NCBI GenBank assembly: GCA_042570545.1
Contig: JBHPGJ010000007.1
Location: 275 to 64,274 of the forward strand
Length of the DNA: 64,000 nt
Direction: 5' to 3'
Source: Patescibacteria group bacterium
Lineage (GTDB): Bacteria > Patescibacteriota > Patescibacteriia > JBHPGJ01
The translations under genes were made by a program, and so were the position numbers. The notes beneath the pieces are model-generated. The model made no database searches. It worked only from the letters and a program-made list of their open reading frames with translations, and was not told where the DNA came from. Positions 1-8,458 of the stretch are shown here, piece by piece. How positions within the stretch are numbered: position 1 is the first letter of the stretch; each line of letters opens with the position of its first letter.

Positions 1-245
1 AAACCTGGTCCTAGTTCGGATTGAAGGCTGCAACTTGCCTTCATGAAGCTGGAATCGCTAGTAACCGCGCATCAGCCACGGCGCGGTGAATACGTTCTCG
101 GGCTTTGTACACACCGCCCGTCACGCCAAGAGAGTCGGTAATACCCGAAACCCCAGTTACACTGGGTCTAAGGTAGGATCGATGATAGGGGCGAAGTCGT
201 AACAAGGCATGCGTAGCGGAAGCTGTGCATGGATCACCTCCTTTC
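1..245 (+). rRNA. rrs: 16S rRNA, 3' end (partial)
   Basis: Universal motifs TGTACACACCGCCCGTCA, AAGTCGTAACAAGG and terminal GGATCACCTCCTTT (anti-SD); helix 44 is short. Confidence 0.99.
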
Positions 246-383
246 TAGGGAGTTTAAAACAATCTCTACTAGAGATAGGTCGGGAAGCCGGACATATTTT
301 GTCCGTAAACTTCAGTTGACGTTTGTTATAAGTATTATGATCGCATTATTGCTTGTCAAAGCTTTACGCGTTTTTTGATATTT

Positions 384-830
384 GGGCAGGGTACGAAATA
401 TACGACCAAAACTCCGATCATGCTGTGTCAGAGGTCGTGTTTCTGCCCTGTCCTCAAGGTCTGGGCAGGCAAATACAGGTGAAGTGCGATGGTGTGACAA
501 AGTAAATTCGCCTGAGTCGCGAGCAACCTGCCCCGACGGGGCATGATATTGAGGACCGAAATGCGGTCGTAGAAACGAGCGTGTCAGCTCTTCAATATCA
601 CCCCCAAAGTTATTTGGACGGGGACTGAAAGTTAACTGGACACACCAGTTGATCCAATTGCTGAATCAGCATACAGCTGGACCCAGCTTTCGTTCCCGTC
701 CATTCATTGGGCAGAAGTTTCTTTTGGAACAGCCATTGATACGCCGTCAACCGTAAGGGAGATGGATGAGGACCTGCGGCTCCTTGAGCAGTATCAGTGG
801 AGGCCGAAAGAACTTCTGCCTTTTTATTTT
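384..830 (+). ncRNA. Putative structured ncRNA (or array of small RNAs): five tandem stem-closed domains followed by a U-tract
   Basis: Closing stems 384-393/444-453, 463-469/527-533, 538-555/589-604, 615-624/693-702 and 710-727/804-820; G-U wobbles favour the + strand; no credible ORF. Confidence 0.6.
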
Positions 831-904
831 ACCCTTGTCAATTAAGCAATTTTTTGTTATCTTATGATACGATTCAATTGGAATCGCAGTTTTTAGAAAC
901 TCAC

Positions 905-981
905 GGGCGATTAGCTCAGCTGGTTAGAGCGCGTCACTGATAATGACGAGGTCCGAGGTTCGAATCCTCGATCGCCCACCA
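905..981 (+). tRNA. tRNA-Ile(GAT)
   Basis: Cloverleaf, anticodon loop CTGATAA, GGTTCGAATCC T-arm, encoded CCA. Confidence 0.98.
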
Positions 982-996
982 TCGGCAATTAGTGAT

Positions 997-1071
997 GCCT
1001 GGGTAGCTCAGTGGTAGAGCGCTTGCTTGAAGAGCAAGGCGTCGACAGTTCAATTCTGTCTCCAGGCACCA
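997..1071 (+). tRNA. tRNA-Phe(GAA)
   Basis: Cloverleaf, anticodon stem CTTGC/GCAAG, loop TTGAAGA, encoded CCA. Confidence 0.96.
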
Positions 1072-1097
1072 GTAGTTGCGGATATTATAACCTACGC

Positions 1098-1174
1098 CGG
1101 GGTGTGGCGCAGTTGGCTAGCGCGCGTGCTTTGGGAGCACGAGGTCCCGGGTTCGAGTCCCGGCACCCCGACCA
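1098..1174 (+). tRNA. tRNA-Pro(TGG)
   Basis: Cloverleaf, loop TTTGGGA, encoded CCA. Confidence 0.97.
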
Positions 1175-1195
1175 TAACTATGCTATATTAAAACC

Positions 1196-1459
1196 ATGAT
1201 TGGCTGGATCGCATGGGGATTTTTTATGGGGCTTACGGTAATAGCCTTTTTTACTTGGTTGAAAAAAGCACCACGATATAAAAATAAAGAATACTCTAAC
1301 ACACCAACGGCCGTTACGTTTCATTCTCTCCCCAGAATAGTTTTGGTCGAGTTTATAGTATTAATGGTATTTCTGTTTACCGATACAAATAAGCTATATA
1401 TAATGTGGCTTTTTCCCATTGTGTGGTGGATCATGTTAAAGGTATTTCCGAAAAAATAA
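1196..1459 (+). CDS. Small hypothetical membrane protein (about 3 TM)
   Basis: 87-aa ORF with hydrophobic segments; TGcTATATT lies 6 nt before the ATG. Confidence 0.7.
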   Translation: MIGWIAWGFFMGLTVIAFFTWLKKAPRYKNKEYSNTPTAVTFHSLPRIVLVEFIVLMVFLFTDTNKLYIMWLFPIVWWIMLKVFPKK

Positions 1460-1498
1460 ATTTCAGCATTTTAACCAGAAAAGTGATATAATATTCTT

Positions 1499-1792
1499 AT
1501 GACACGAGAAAATTATGAAGGTACGGCCCATGCCGACCTACCACGTAATACCGAGCTTGAAAAACTTGAGCGGGACAACGCAGTCTCAAGGGTGCTAGTG
1601 CAACTAGAAGAGCTTGGTGTCCAGAAAGATTGGGAAGACGCTCCCGGCGGTATTGAAAAAGGCGAGCTCAAAGATCAGTTACGGCAGCTGGAAATTGGTC
1701 AGCATATAGACGGGATGTTGTCAGACGGTACGCGCTGGCAAGTCAAACGCCTTGGCGCGATCGAGTATGACGTAACAACTGCCAAAGAGTAA
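1499..1792 (+). CDS. Hypothetical acidic protein, paralog of 4470-4784
   Basis: Shares ELGVQKxWE, PGGIE and W..KRL..I.YDV with 4470-4784; extended -10 TGaTATAAT 6 nt upstream. Confidence 0.8.
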   Translation: MTRENYEGTAHADLPRNTELEKLERDNAVSRVLVQLEELGVQKDWEDAPGGIEKGELKDQLRQLEIGQHIDGMLSDGTRWQVKRLGAIEYDVTTAKE

Positions 1793-1851
1793 AAATATAA
1801 TGTAATTGTCTCTTGAACGACATATGAACTTTTTTCTATACTAATAACACT

Positions 1852-2061
1852 ATGAATGACAAAAAATACATGCCCGGCTTTGTCCCGGTTCGTTATCGAG
1901 TGACTGGTACAATTTTACTGGCCACTAGCGGCATTGTACTGGTCCTGATGGCCATTGATGCCATCTTTGGCTGGCCCAGCCTGCCAACTCAATGGTGGTA
2001 TATCGGAATAGCCTTGATGCTGATTGGTTTGTATCTGGTATTTGTAGTGCCAAAAGAATAG
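1852..2061 (+). CDS. Small 2-TM membrane protein
   Basis: 69 aa with two hydrophobic helices. Confidence 0.7.
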   Translation: MNDKKYMPGFVPVRYRVTGTILLATSGIVLVLMAIDAIFGWPSLPTQWWYIGIALMLIGLYLVFVVPKE

Positions 2062-2135
2062 TAATGAATCACAACATCAAAGAAGTATAAATAGCGGATT
2101 CTGGTATACTAAATTAAGCAAAGGAAACAATTTTC

Positions 2136-2849
2136 GTGAAAACCACAGCTCTTACCATAGCGCTTATCGGTACAATTGGTGTCTTTATATTTGCCTATCT
2201 TATTGCTAATGATAAAGCGGTGACCATGCAAAGTTCACAACCAAATAATCAACCGGTCGTAAACTTGCCTAGCCCAATATTGGATAGCGATGTTTCGCTG
2301 GAAAAGACCCTAAGTGAACGACGCTCCGGCCGGGACTATAAAAATGAGCCGCTAACGCTATCTGAGGTATCTCAACTGCTATGGGCGGCTCAAGGCATAA
2401 CTAATGAACAATGGGGCGGGCGGACAGCCCCATCGGCTGGGGCACTCTATCCACTAGAAGTTTATCTCATTGCTGGTCAAGTAAATGACTTAGCGGCTAG
2501 TGTTTACCGTTATGTACCCGAGGGTCATAAACTGGTTAAAGTTCTGAGTGGTGATAAACGGTCGGAACTAAGCGCTGCGGCCCTTGATCAGGTTTATGTT
2601 GCCGAAGCCCCGATTGATATTGTTATCGCCGCTGTTTATGAACGGACCACAGGTAAATATGGCGAACGCGGTGTTCGCTACGTTCATCTGGAAGCTGGCC
2701 ATGCCGGACAAAATATTGCCTTGCAAGTTGTGCGTCTTGACTTGACTGCCGTTACCATTGGAGCTTTTGATGATAATGAAGTAGTTAAGATAATCGGTGC
2801 CGGTGATAACGAAACGCCACTTTATATAATTCCTGTCGGCAGAAAATAG
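2136..2849 (+). CDS. SagB/ThcOx-family nitroreductase-like FMN oxidoreductase with an N-terminal membrane anchor
   Basis: RRS.R.Y, LSQLLWAAQG, RTAPSAGALYPLEVY and EAGHAGQN motifs. Confidence 0.9.
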   Translation: MKTTALTIALIGTIGVFIFAYLIANDKAVTMQSSQPNNQPVVNLPSPILDSDVSLEKTLSERRSGRDYKNEPLTLSEVSQLLWAAQGITNEQWGGRTAPSAGALYPLEVYLIAGQVNDLAASVYRYVPEGHKLVKVLSGDKRSELSAAALDQVYVAEAPIDIVIAAVYERTTGKYGERGVRYVHLEAGHAGQNIALQVVRLDLTAVTIGAFDDNEVVKIIGAGDNETPLYIIPVGRK

Positions 2850-2887
2850 GCTCAGCAAAACCGGCCGAATTATGATATGATGAATAC

Positions 2888-4477
2888 ATGAATAGGTTAG
2901 GAAAATGGCTATTAATTACTTTATTGGCGGTTATTGTTATTTCGGTAGCGCTTAATATATTACTAGAACCAAAGTTTGGATCAGATATTAATTCTGAAAA
3001 TACCAACACCGATCAAGACAGCGATAGCATTGCCTTTACCGTAAATATTCCCGCCAATACATCTGACGGTGATATTATTTATTTGGAGTATTTTGGTTTA
3101 GAGGGTATGACTCAGGCTAAGATGTCTGAAACAATTGATGATGTTTATACTGTAAGTATTCCAATTGAAAATTTTGAAAAAAGAACCGGCACCGCCGATG
3201 CCACGGTTGGTAAATATCGTTATAACCGCAATGGCTGGGGCTGGGTAACTTCAGAATATCTTGAGCCAGATACCCTGCAATTTTATAATAATGATCTTGG
3301 CCGAGAAGTAACATTGACACCTGGACTGGAAGAAAACGATATAATCGACCGTTGGCGCTGGTTTCCTGTTGGCGATATTAACAACACCTCAAATATTGAA
3401 CCAGTTGCTGAATGGCAGGCTCGGCTGAATGATCAGACATTCTGGTCCGGCCAAATTGTTGAGGATCTCTATACAAAAGAATATGATCCCCACTTTGATT
3501 CACTAGCGCAAAAGCTAGTTGATCAGGGCTATGCCTGGGCTGGTTTTGCCCCGCCCTGGCAGTGGCAGGGAGTAGATCCTCTGCCGGTGCTGGGTAATTC
3601 TTACGATTATGGTTCAACTGATCATCCTAACTATCCGACTTATGAGAAGTTTGTCGAGCATATGAAAGCTTTTACTGACCAGGGATTGGAAGCTTATGTC
3701 TTGGCCCAGATCTGCTGCAGTGAGTTTGATAATTTACCAGTTGAGGGCCGTTCACTTGAATGGCAACAAGCTTATGCCGATGAGATTGAGAAATTTCACC
3801 TCTTTCACGCTCGCGCCGCCGAAGAAGCCAGAGCCCAAGCCTATCTATTTGATGCTTATTCTATTCCTGCTTTGGCCGAGATCAATGCCGTCGACAGGAT
3901 GGCGGAAATGTTAGTAAAAATTAGAGAAATTTTTACGGGCCAGATCGGCACTCACGTTTCAATCTTTCTACCCGATGACAGTCCTACTTCACAAGGCATA
4001 ATCCCTCAAGTCCAGGATATAACCTGGGGCGATTTAGTTGATTTCTTTGTGCTTAGAGCTGAGGGATCGCTAGCCGAAAAAGATGACCCCACTGACGACG
4101 AACTTAAAACCGGTGCCGCCGCTATTGTTGATGAGGCCAAGGTTCTATATGAAACATTCAATAAACCGGTGGTGGTGCGGACCCAATATTACTCGATCAA
4201 GCAAGCCTGGCGCGGGCCTGATTATTACCACTCCGGCAAGATACCGGCCCATGAGACAGCCGAGGATGCTTGGGAGTCACCACAAACATTCTCCGGCCAA
4301 GACCAGGCTCGGGTGGTCAATGCTTATCTGCAGGCCATTGCTGAGCGTCCTTGGGTGATCGGTTATTTCAACTTTGGCTATACGCACTGGGAAATGCCGC
4401 TCTATCCTGATTGGAATACCAGAGGCAAACCAGCTGATGATGTTATTAGAAAGTGGAACGAACTAATTTATGAATAG
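2888..4477 (+). CDS. Exported glycoside hydrolase-like TIM-barrel protein (GH113-like) with an N-terminal CBM20-like beta domain
   Basis: N-terminal TM/signal; FTVNIPANT...YRYNRNGWGW segment; C-terminal GYFNFGY...RGKPADDVIRKW resembles GH113/GH5-type ends. Confidence 0.6.
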   Translation: MNRLGKWLLITLLAVIVISVALNILLEPKFGSDINSENTNTDQDSDSIAFTVNIPANTSDGDIIYLEYFGLEGMTQAKMSETIDDVYTVSIPIENFEKRTGTADATVGKYRYNRNGWGWVTSEYLEPDTLQFYNNDLGREVTLTPGLEENDIIDRWRWFPVGDINNTSNIEPVAEWQARLNDQTFWSGQIVEDLYTKEYDPHFDSLAQKLVDQGYAWAGFAPPWQWQGVDPLPVLGNSYDYGSTDHPNYPTYEKFVEHMKAFTDQGLEAYVLAQICCSEFDNLPVEGRSLEWQQAYADEIEKFHLFHARAAEEARAQAYLFDAYSIPALAEINAVDRMAEMLVKIREIFTGQIGTHVSIFLPDDSPTSQGIIPQVQDITWGDLVDFFVLRAEGSLAEKDDPTDDELKTGAAAIVDEAKVLYETFNKPVVVRTQYYSIKQAWRGPDYYHSGKIPAHETAEDAWESPQTFSGQDQARVVNAYLQAIAERPWVIGYFNFGYTHWEMPLYPDWNTRGKPADDVIRKWNELIYE

Positions 4478-4784
4478 AGAAAAACATGATAGCTCGGCCC
4501 ATATCGATCAGCCAATTGACAAAGATGATGAACGAGTCAGGAAAGAAATAGGCATAACTCAAGCCCTGGACAGACTCGGTGAACTTGGCGTGCAAAAGAT
4601 GTGGGAAGAAGAAGATCAAAGCGATATCTATCCCGGTGGAATCGAGCAGCAAGTACGTGAGTTATTACCCGGCCAAAGTCTGGAAGGTATTTTACCAAAT
4701 GGCGAAAAATGGAAACTTAAGCGCTTAAGCAATATTGATTATGACGTTGAAGTGACACCTGGCCAGGAGGAGCAGGGCACCTAA
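4470..4784 (+). CDS. Hypothetical acidic protein, paralog of 1499-1792
   Basis: Visible alignment with 1499-1792. Confidence 0.8.
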   Translation: MNREKHDSSAHIDQPIDKDDERVRKEIGITQALDRLGELGVQKMWEEEDQSDIYPGGIEQQVRELLPGQSLEGILPNGEKWKLKRLSNIDYDVEVTPGQEEQGT

Positions 4785-4830
4785 CTACGTGCTTTGACAG
4801 AAAATAATACCATCGTATAATAATAGCAAT

Positions 4831-5523
4831 ATGGAAAATCCAAGGCACAAAGATCTAAAGAAAAAAGTAATATTTATCACAATTTTTACTATATTGGGAC
4901 TGGTAGCGCTGCAGTTTTCATTTACCAAAATAATCGGTTCGGATGTTAGCTTTACCGTGTTTGATTTCTTTGGACCGCTGGCTACTGGTTTTGTTGGACT
5001 GATACCCGGCGTAATAGCCGTCTTCTTAATGCAACTGGGGAATTTTATTATTCACGGTGCCCAGGTGGTTGATGCCGGTACTATTATCCGCTTTTTCCCT
5101 ATGCTTTTTGCTGCCTGGTACTTTGGCCGCAAGGGACGCTTCAATATAATAATTCCAATGTTAGCAATAGTCGCATTTATTGCTCACCCCATTGGCCGGA
5201 CTGTCTGGTATTATTCAATGTTCTGGTTGATCCCTATCATCGCTTACTTCTTCCGTGATCGCTGGCTATTGGCTCGGGCGCTGGGTACGACCTTTACCGC
5301 TCATGCTGTTGGCAGTACTCTGTGGATCTGGGTATTTACCTTACCGGCCCCAGTCTGGATATCCTTAATCCCCATCGTGGCTATCGAGCGGTCACTTTTT
5401 GCCGTTGGCATTGCCGCCACCTATATGGTCTTAAATAATGTTCTGAATTACTTGGTAGAAAAAGAAGTCGTAAAATGGCGACTGATGGTGGATGAGCGCT
5501 ACTTGTGGAGATTTGCTAAATAA
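4831..5523 (+). CDS. Multi-TM membrane protein, possible ECF transporter S component
   Basis: About 6-7 TM helices; GPLATGFVGLIPG resembles S-component G.L.G..GP..G; own promoter TTGACA (4794) and TATAAT (4816). Confidence 0.55.
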   Translation: MENPRHKDLKKKVIFITIFTILGLVALQFSFTKIIGSDVSFTVFDFFGPLATGFVGLIPGVIAVFLMQLGNFIIHGAQVVDAGTIIRFFPMLFAAWYFGRKGRFNIIIPMLAIVAFIAHPIGRTVWYYSMFWLIPIIAYFFRDRWLLARALGTTFTAHAVGSTLWIWVFTLPAPVWISLIPIVAIERSLFAVGIAATYMVLNNVLNYLVEKEVVKWRLMVDERYLWRFAK

Positions 5524-5582
5524 TATAGACTTAGTAGAATTCTAAGAGCCACGACATTACGTGGCTTTTGGATTAATATAAT

Positions 5583-6860
5583 ATGGAAAAATACCAGCGT
5601 TATTATCAAGCAGTCAGCTATCTGGAAAATCTTAGTAATTTGAAGCAGCAGCAGGACTATATGAATGATCACCGCCGACCGGAGATATTTCTCAAGCGAA
5701 TGCGTGAGTTTTTGCGTTTATTGAATAATCCCGACCGGAATTTGAACTTTATTCATCTGACCGGTACCGCCGGCAAAGGCACGGTCGCTATTATGCTGCA
5801 GGAGATATTGTTGGCTAGCGGCCAGAAGGTCGGCTCGTTTACCTCGCCATTTGCTACCACCTCAATTGAGAAAATTAGAATAAATAATAATTATATCTCG
5901 CCCCATAAATTTGCTGATCTAGTAGAAGAATTAAAGCCAATTATTGACCAAGCATACAGCCAAAGTCGTTATGGCGGCCCGTCGTATTTTGAGATATTTT
6001 TAGCCCTAGCTTTACTTTATTTCAAGAGAGAAAAATGTGATTGGATAATTTTGGAGGCCGGCGCCGGCGGCAGTTATGACGCTACTAATGTAATTGTTAA
6101 ACCTAAGATTACCGCCATTACTAATATCCACCTAGATCACACCCAGATACTGGGCAATACTCTAAAACAAATTGCCACGGATAAAGCGGGAATTATTAAA
6201 AAGAATTCAACTTTTTTCACTACCGAGAAACGCCCGGCCCTGCAAAAAATATTTCAATATCAATGTCGCAAGAAAAAATCAAGATATAATTTAATTGCCG
6301 CCGGTAACAATTATCAGTCCGCTAACGAAGCATTGGCTCAAGCTATTGCTGGGCACCTGGGTCTTGATAATCAAGCTATCCATGCGGGAATAAAAAGAAC
6401 TAAGCTGCCTTGCCGTTTTGAAGTGATGCAGAAAAATCCGCTGGTGATATTGGATGGTGCTCATAATGAAATAAAGATGAAAAGCACCGTCAGTAATTTA
6501 CAGAACACAAAATATCGCAAGTTACTATTAGTTGTAGCCTTGGCTGCTAATAAAAAAGCCAAAGCAATACTTAATTCAGTCGTACCATTGGCTGATGAGA
6601 TTATAATAACTCATTTTGAGATCACCCAGCGTAAAAGCTTTCATCCACAAAAGCTGAATGAATTAGTAAAAGGTTTGAAAAGGAAGCAAACCAAATCAAC
6701 AATTATGCTTGATCCTAACCAAGCGATGCAACGGGCACTAAAGAAAGCCAGTAAAAAAGATTTAATTCTGGCCACCGGCTCATTTTTCTTAACCGGGGCT
6801 TTGCGAAAGCACTGGTATACTGAAAGTTATATTCTTAAAAACCGAACCAGCTTTCGCTGA
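5583..6860 (+). CDS. folC: Folylpolyglutamate synthase/dihydrofolate synthase
   Basis: HLTGTAGKGT P-loop, FTSP, EAGAGGSYDATNV, DHTQILG and DGAHN motifs. Confidence 0.95.
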   Translation: MEKYQRYYQAVSYLENLSNLKQQQDYMNDHRRPEIFLKRMREFLRLLNNPDRNLNFIHLTGTAGKGTVAIMLQEILLASGQKVGSFTSPFATTSIEKIRINNNYISPHKFADLVEELKPIIDQAYSQSRYGGPSYFEIFLALALLYFKREKCDWIILEAGAGGSYDATNVIVKPKITAITNIHLDHTQILGNTLKQIATDKAGIIKKNSTFFTTEKRPALQKIFQYQCRKKKSRYNLIAAGNNYQSANEALAQAIAGHLGLDNQAIHAGIKRTKLPCRFEVMQKNPLVILDGAHNEIKMKSTVSNLQNTKYRKLLLVVALAANKKAKAILNSVVPLADEIIITHFEITQRKSFHPQKLNELVKGLKRKQTKSTIMLDPNQAMQRALKKASKKDLILATGSFFLTGALRKHWYTESYILKNRTSFR

Positions 6861-7038
6861 GCGAGCTGAATTTCTTGACAAAAGAATTTATATTTAATAA
6901 GGTACCAATTCGATATTATTGTTGTTTTTCTTTTGACAATATGGGGTGTTGCTAATGCAGCATTGCTCAACACCTGGCAGTGGCCGTCAACACTGCCCAC
7001 CCCGACACTATTTGTTCTAGAAACCACAGTTTATAGGT

Positions 7039-7122
7039 GGAGAGGTGCCAGAGCGGCTTAATGGGCCGGTCTTGAAAACCGGTAGCTTCGGCTCGCAGGT
7101 TCGAATCCTGTCCTCTCCGCCA
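7039..7122 (+). tRNA. tRNA-Ser(TGA)
   Basis: Cloverleaf with long variable arm, loop CTTGAAA, G73 discriminator and CCA. Confidence 0.97.
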
Positions 7123-7142
7123 TTTTTCTTTCTTGTTACGCT

Positions 7143-7219
7143 CGTGGCGTAGCGCAGTCCGGTAGCGCGCCAGCTTGGGGAGCTGGATGTCGCTGGTTCA
7201 AATCCAGTCGCCACGACCA
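7143..7219 (+). tRNA. tRNA-Pro(GGG)
   Basis: Cloverleaf, stem CCAGC/GCTGG, loop TTGGGGA, CCA. Confidence 0.96.
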
Positions 7220-7355
7220 AATATGCGCCGTACGTGCAATCGTCCGGCGCTTTTATCTTACATTGACAAAAGACGGACGTGTGATAAAGTCGGGCTGTCA
7301 TTTTGGGGGGAATGTTTGTATGATCTTTTGAAAAAATCCAAAAAAGAGGTTGATC

Positions 7356-8393
7356 ATGATCAGGAATACGGATAAAGATTTAAGCACAGCCGAGAAGGTT
7401 ACCCAAGTGGTAAAGCGGATAATCGGTCAAGCTTGGAGTGAGACCGGCGATAAGATCGGCGGCTTTGCCGCCAGTGGTGAAGTACCGCACCGAGCCAGGC
7501 GCTTTAGCCTAGCTATCGACGGCGTTGGCTCTAAGCTGCAGATTGCACGGTTGCTGGGTCGGCACGATACAGTCGGTATTGATGGCGTCATCATGCCGGC
7601 AATGGATGTCTATGCCGATGGATTCATACCCCATGCTGTAGTGGATTATTTTTCCACTTACAAATTCAACGAGCAGCAGATAGAGCAAGTCCTGGCCGGT
7701 ATTGTAGCTGGTTGTCAGCAGCTTGGCTGTCAGCTGATAGGCGGCGAAACGGCATTTCACCCCGAACTGCACCGGCCAACCACCTATGATCTGGCTTGCG
7801 CCTGTTTGGGCTTCAGCACCGCCCAGCTGCGTCTTGATCCCCGGCATCGTATCAGACCGGGCATGACGATCTGGGGCTGGTTGTCTTTTGGGCTGGGCAG
7901 CAACGGCTACACCTTTACTCGAGAAAGCCTGGGACTAGCGGCTGACATCTCTGATGATGCCAAAAGAGCCATATTGCAACAGAAGTTTCCCGATCTGGAT
8001 GACGTACTAGGCAATGTGTTGCTTCGGCCAACGCGGCAATACTTGAATGAGCTGGAAGCAGCCAGGCAGGACGGAGTTAAGTACGAAGGCCTTGCTCACA
8101 TTACCGGTGACGGCTTAGCTAAGAATCTCCAGCGCATTTTACCGCCCGGCTGTCAGGCAGTAGTTTATCGTCAAAGCTGGGAGCGGCCGCCAATATTTAA
8201 TCTGGTAGAAAAACTCAGTGGCTGCTCATACCAGATAACCGATCGGCATCTCAATCAGGGGATACAGTTTATCAGTATTGTCTCCGGCGACAAACATCCA
8301 CAGGACGATAACTGTGTCCAAATTGGCGAGATCACCGAACGTCGGGAAAGAGAACCAGCGGTAGTGATGAGAGGAACCTATTTGGATTTGTAA
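7356..8393 (+). CDS. purM: AIR synthetase (PurM)-like protein, divergent
   Basis: DGVGSK, IGID.V.M, LIGGETA, SNGY and AHITG.G motifs; start placed at ATG 7356 after AGAGGT. Confidence 0.8.
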   Translation: MIRNTDKDLSTAEKVTQVVKRIIGQAWSETGDKIGGFAASGEVPHRARRFSLAIDGVGSKLQIARLLGRHDTVGIDGVIMPAMDVYADGFIPHAVVDYFSTYKFNEQQIEQVLAGIVAGCQQLGCQLIGGETAFHPELHRPTTYDLACACLGFSTAQLRLDPRHRIRPGMTIWGWLSFGLGSNGYTFTRESLGLAADISDDAKRAILQQKFPDLDDVLGNVLLRPTRQYLNELEAARQDGVKYEGLAHITGDGLAKNLQRILPPGCQAVVYRQSWERPPIFNLVEKLSGCSYQITDRHLNQGIQFISIVSGDKHPQDDNCVQIGEITERREREPAVVMRGTYLDL

Positions 8394-8458
8394 CCTAGTT
8401 GTTTTGAGCGCTTAGCTTTTAGTAAGCAGGCGCTCTTTTAATTTGCTATAATACAATC

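Noticed and set aside
312-500. 62-aa minus-strand ORF in the post-16S spacer
   Set aside because: No SD or recognisable motif; the region is better explained by + strand RNA stems with G-U pairs
476-514. Fluoride riboswitch-like GCGATGGTGT...TTCGCC
   Set aside because: Spacing is wrong, the downstream TAATGAC pseudoknot partner is absent, and no gene follows
384-820. CRISPR, attC or REP interpretation of the hairpin array
   Set aside because: No sequence-identical repeats, no RYYYAAC/GTTRRRY ends, and no cas or integrase gene in the window
1011-1199. ORF overlapping tRNA-Phe and tRNA-Pro (also ORFs 7017-7301 and 7175-7375)
   Set aside because: They overlap clear tRNA genes
2136-2849. RiPP (TOMM) cluster suggested by the SagB-like gene and nearby small ORFs
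   Set aside because: No YcaO/E1 partner and no Cys/Ser/Thr-rich precursor; stand-alone SagB-like nitroreductases are common
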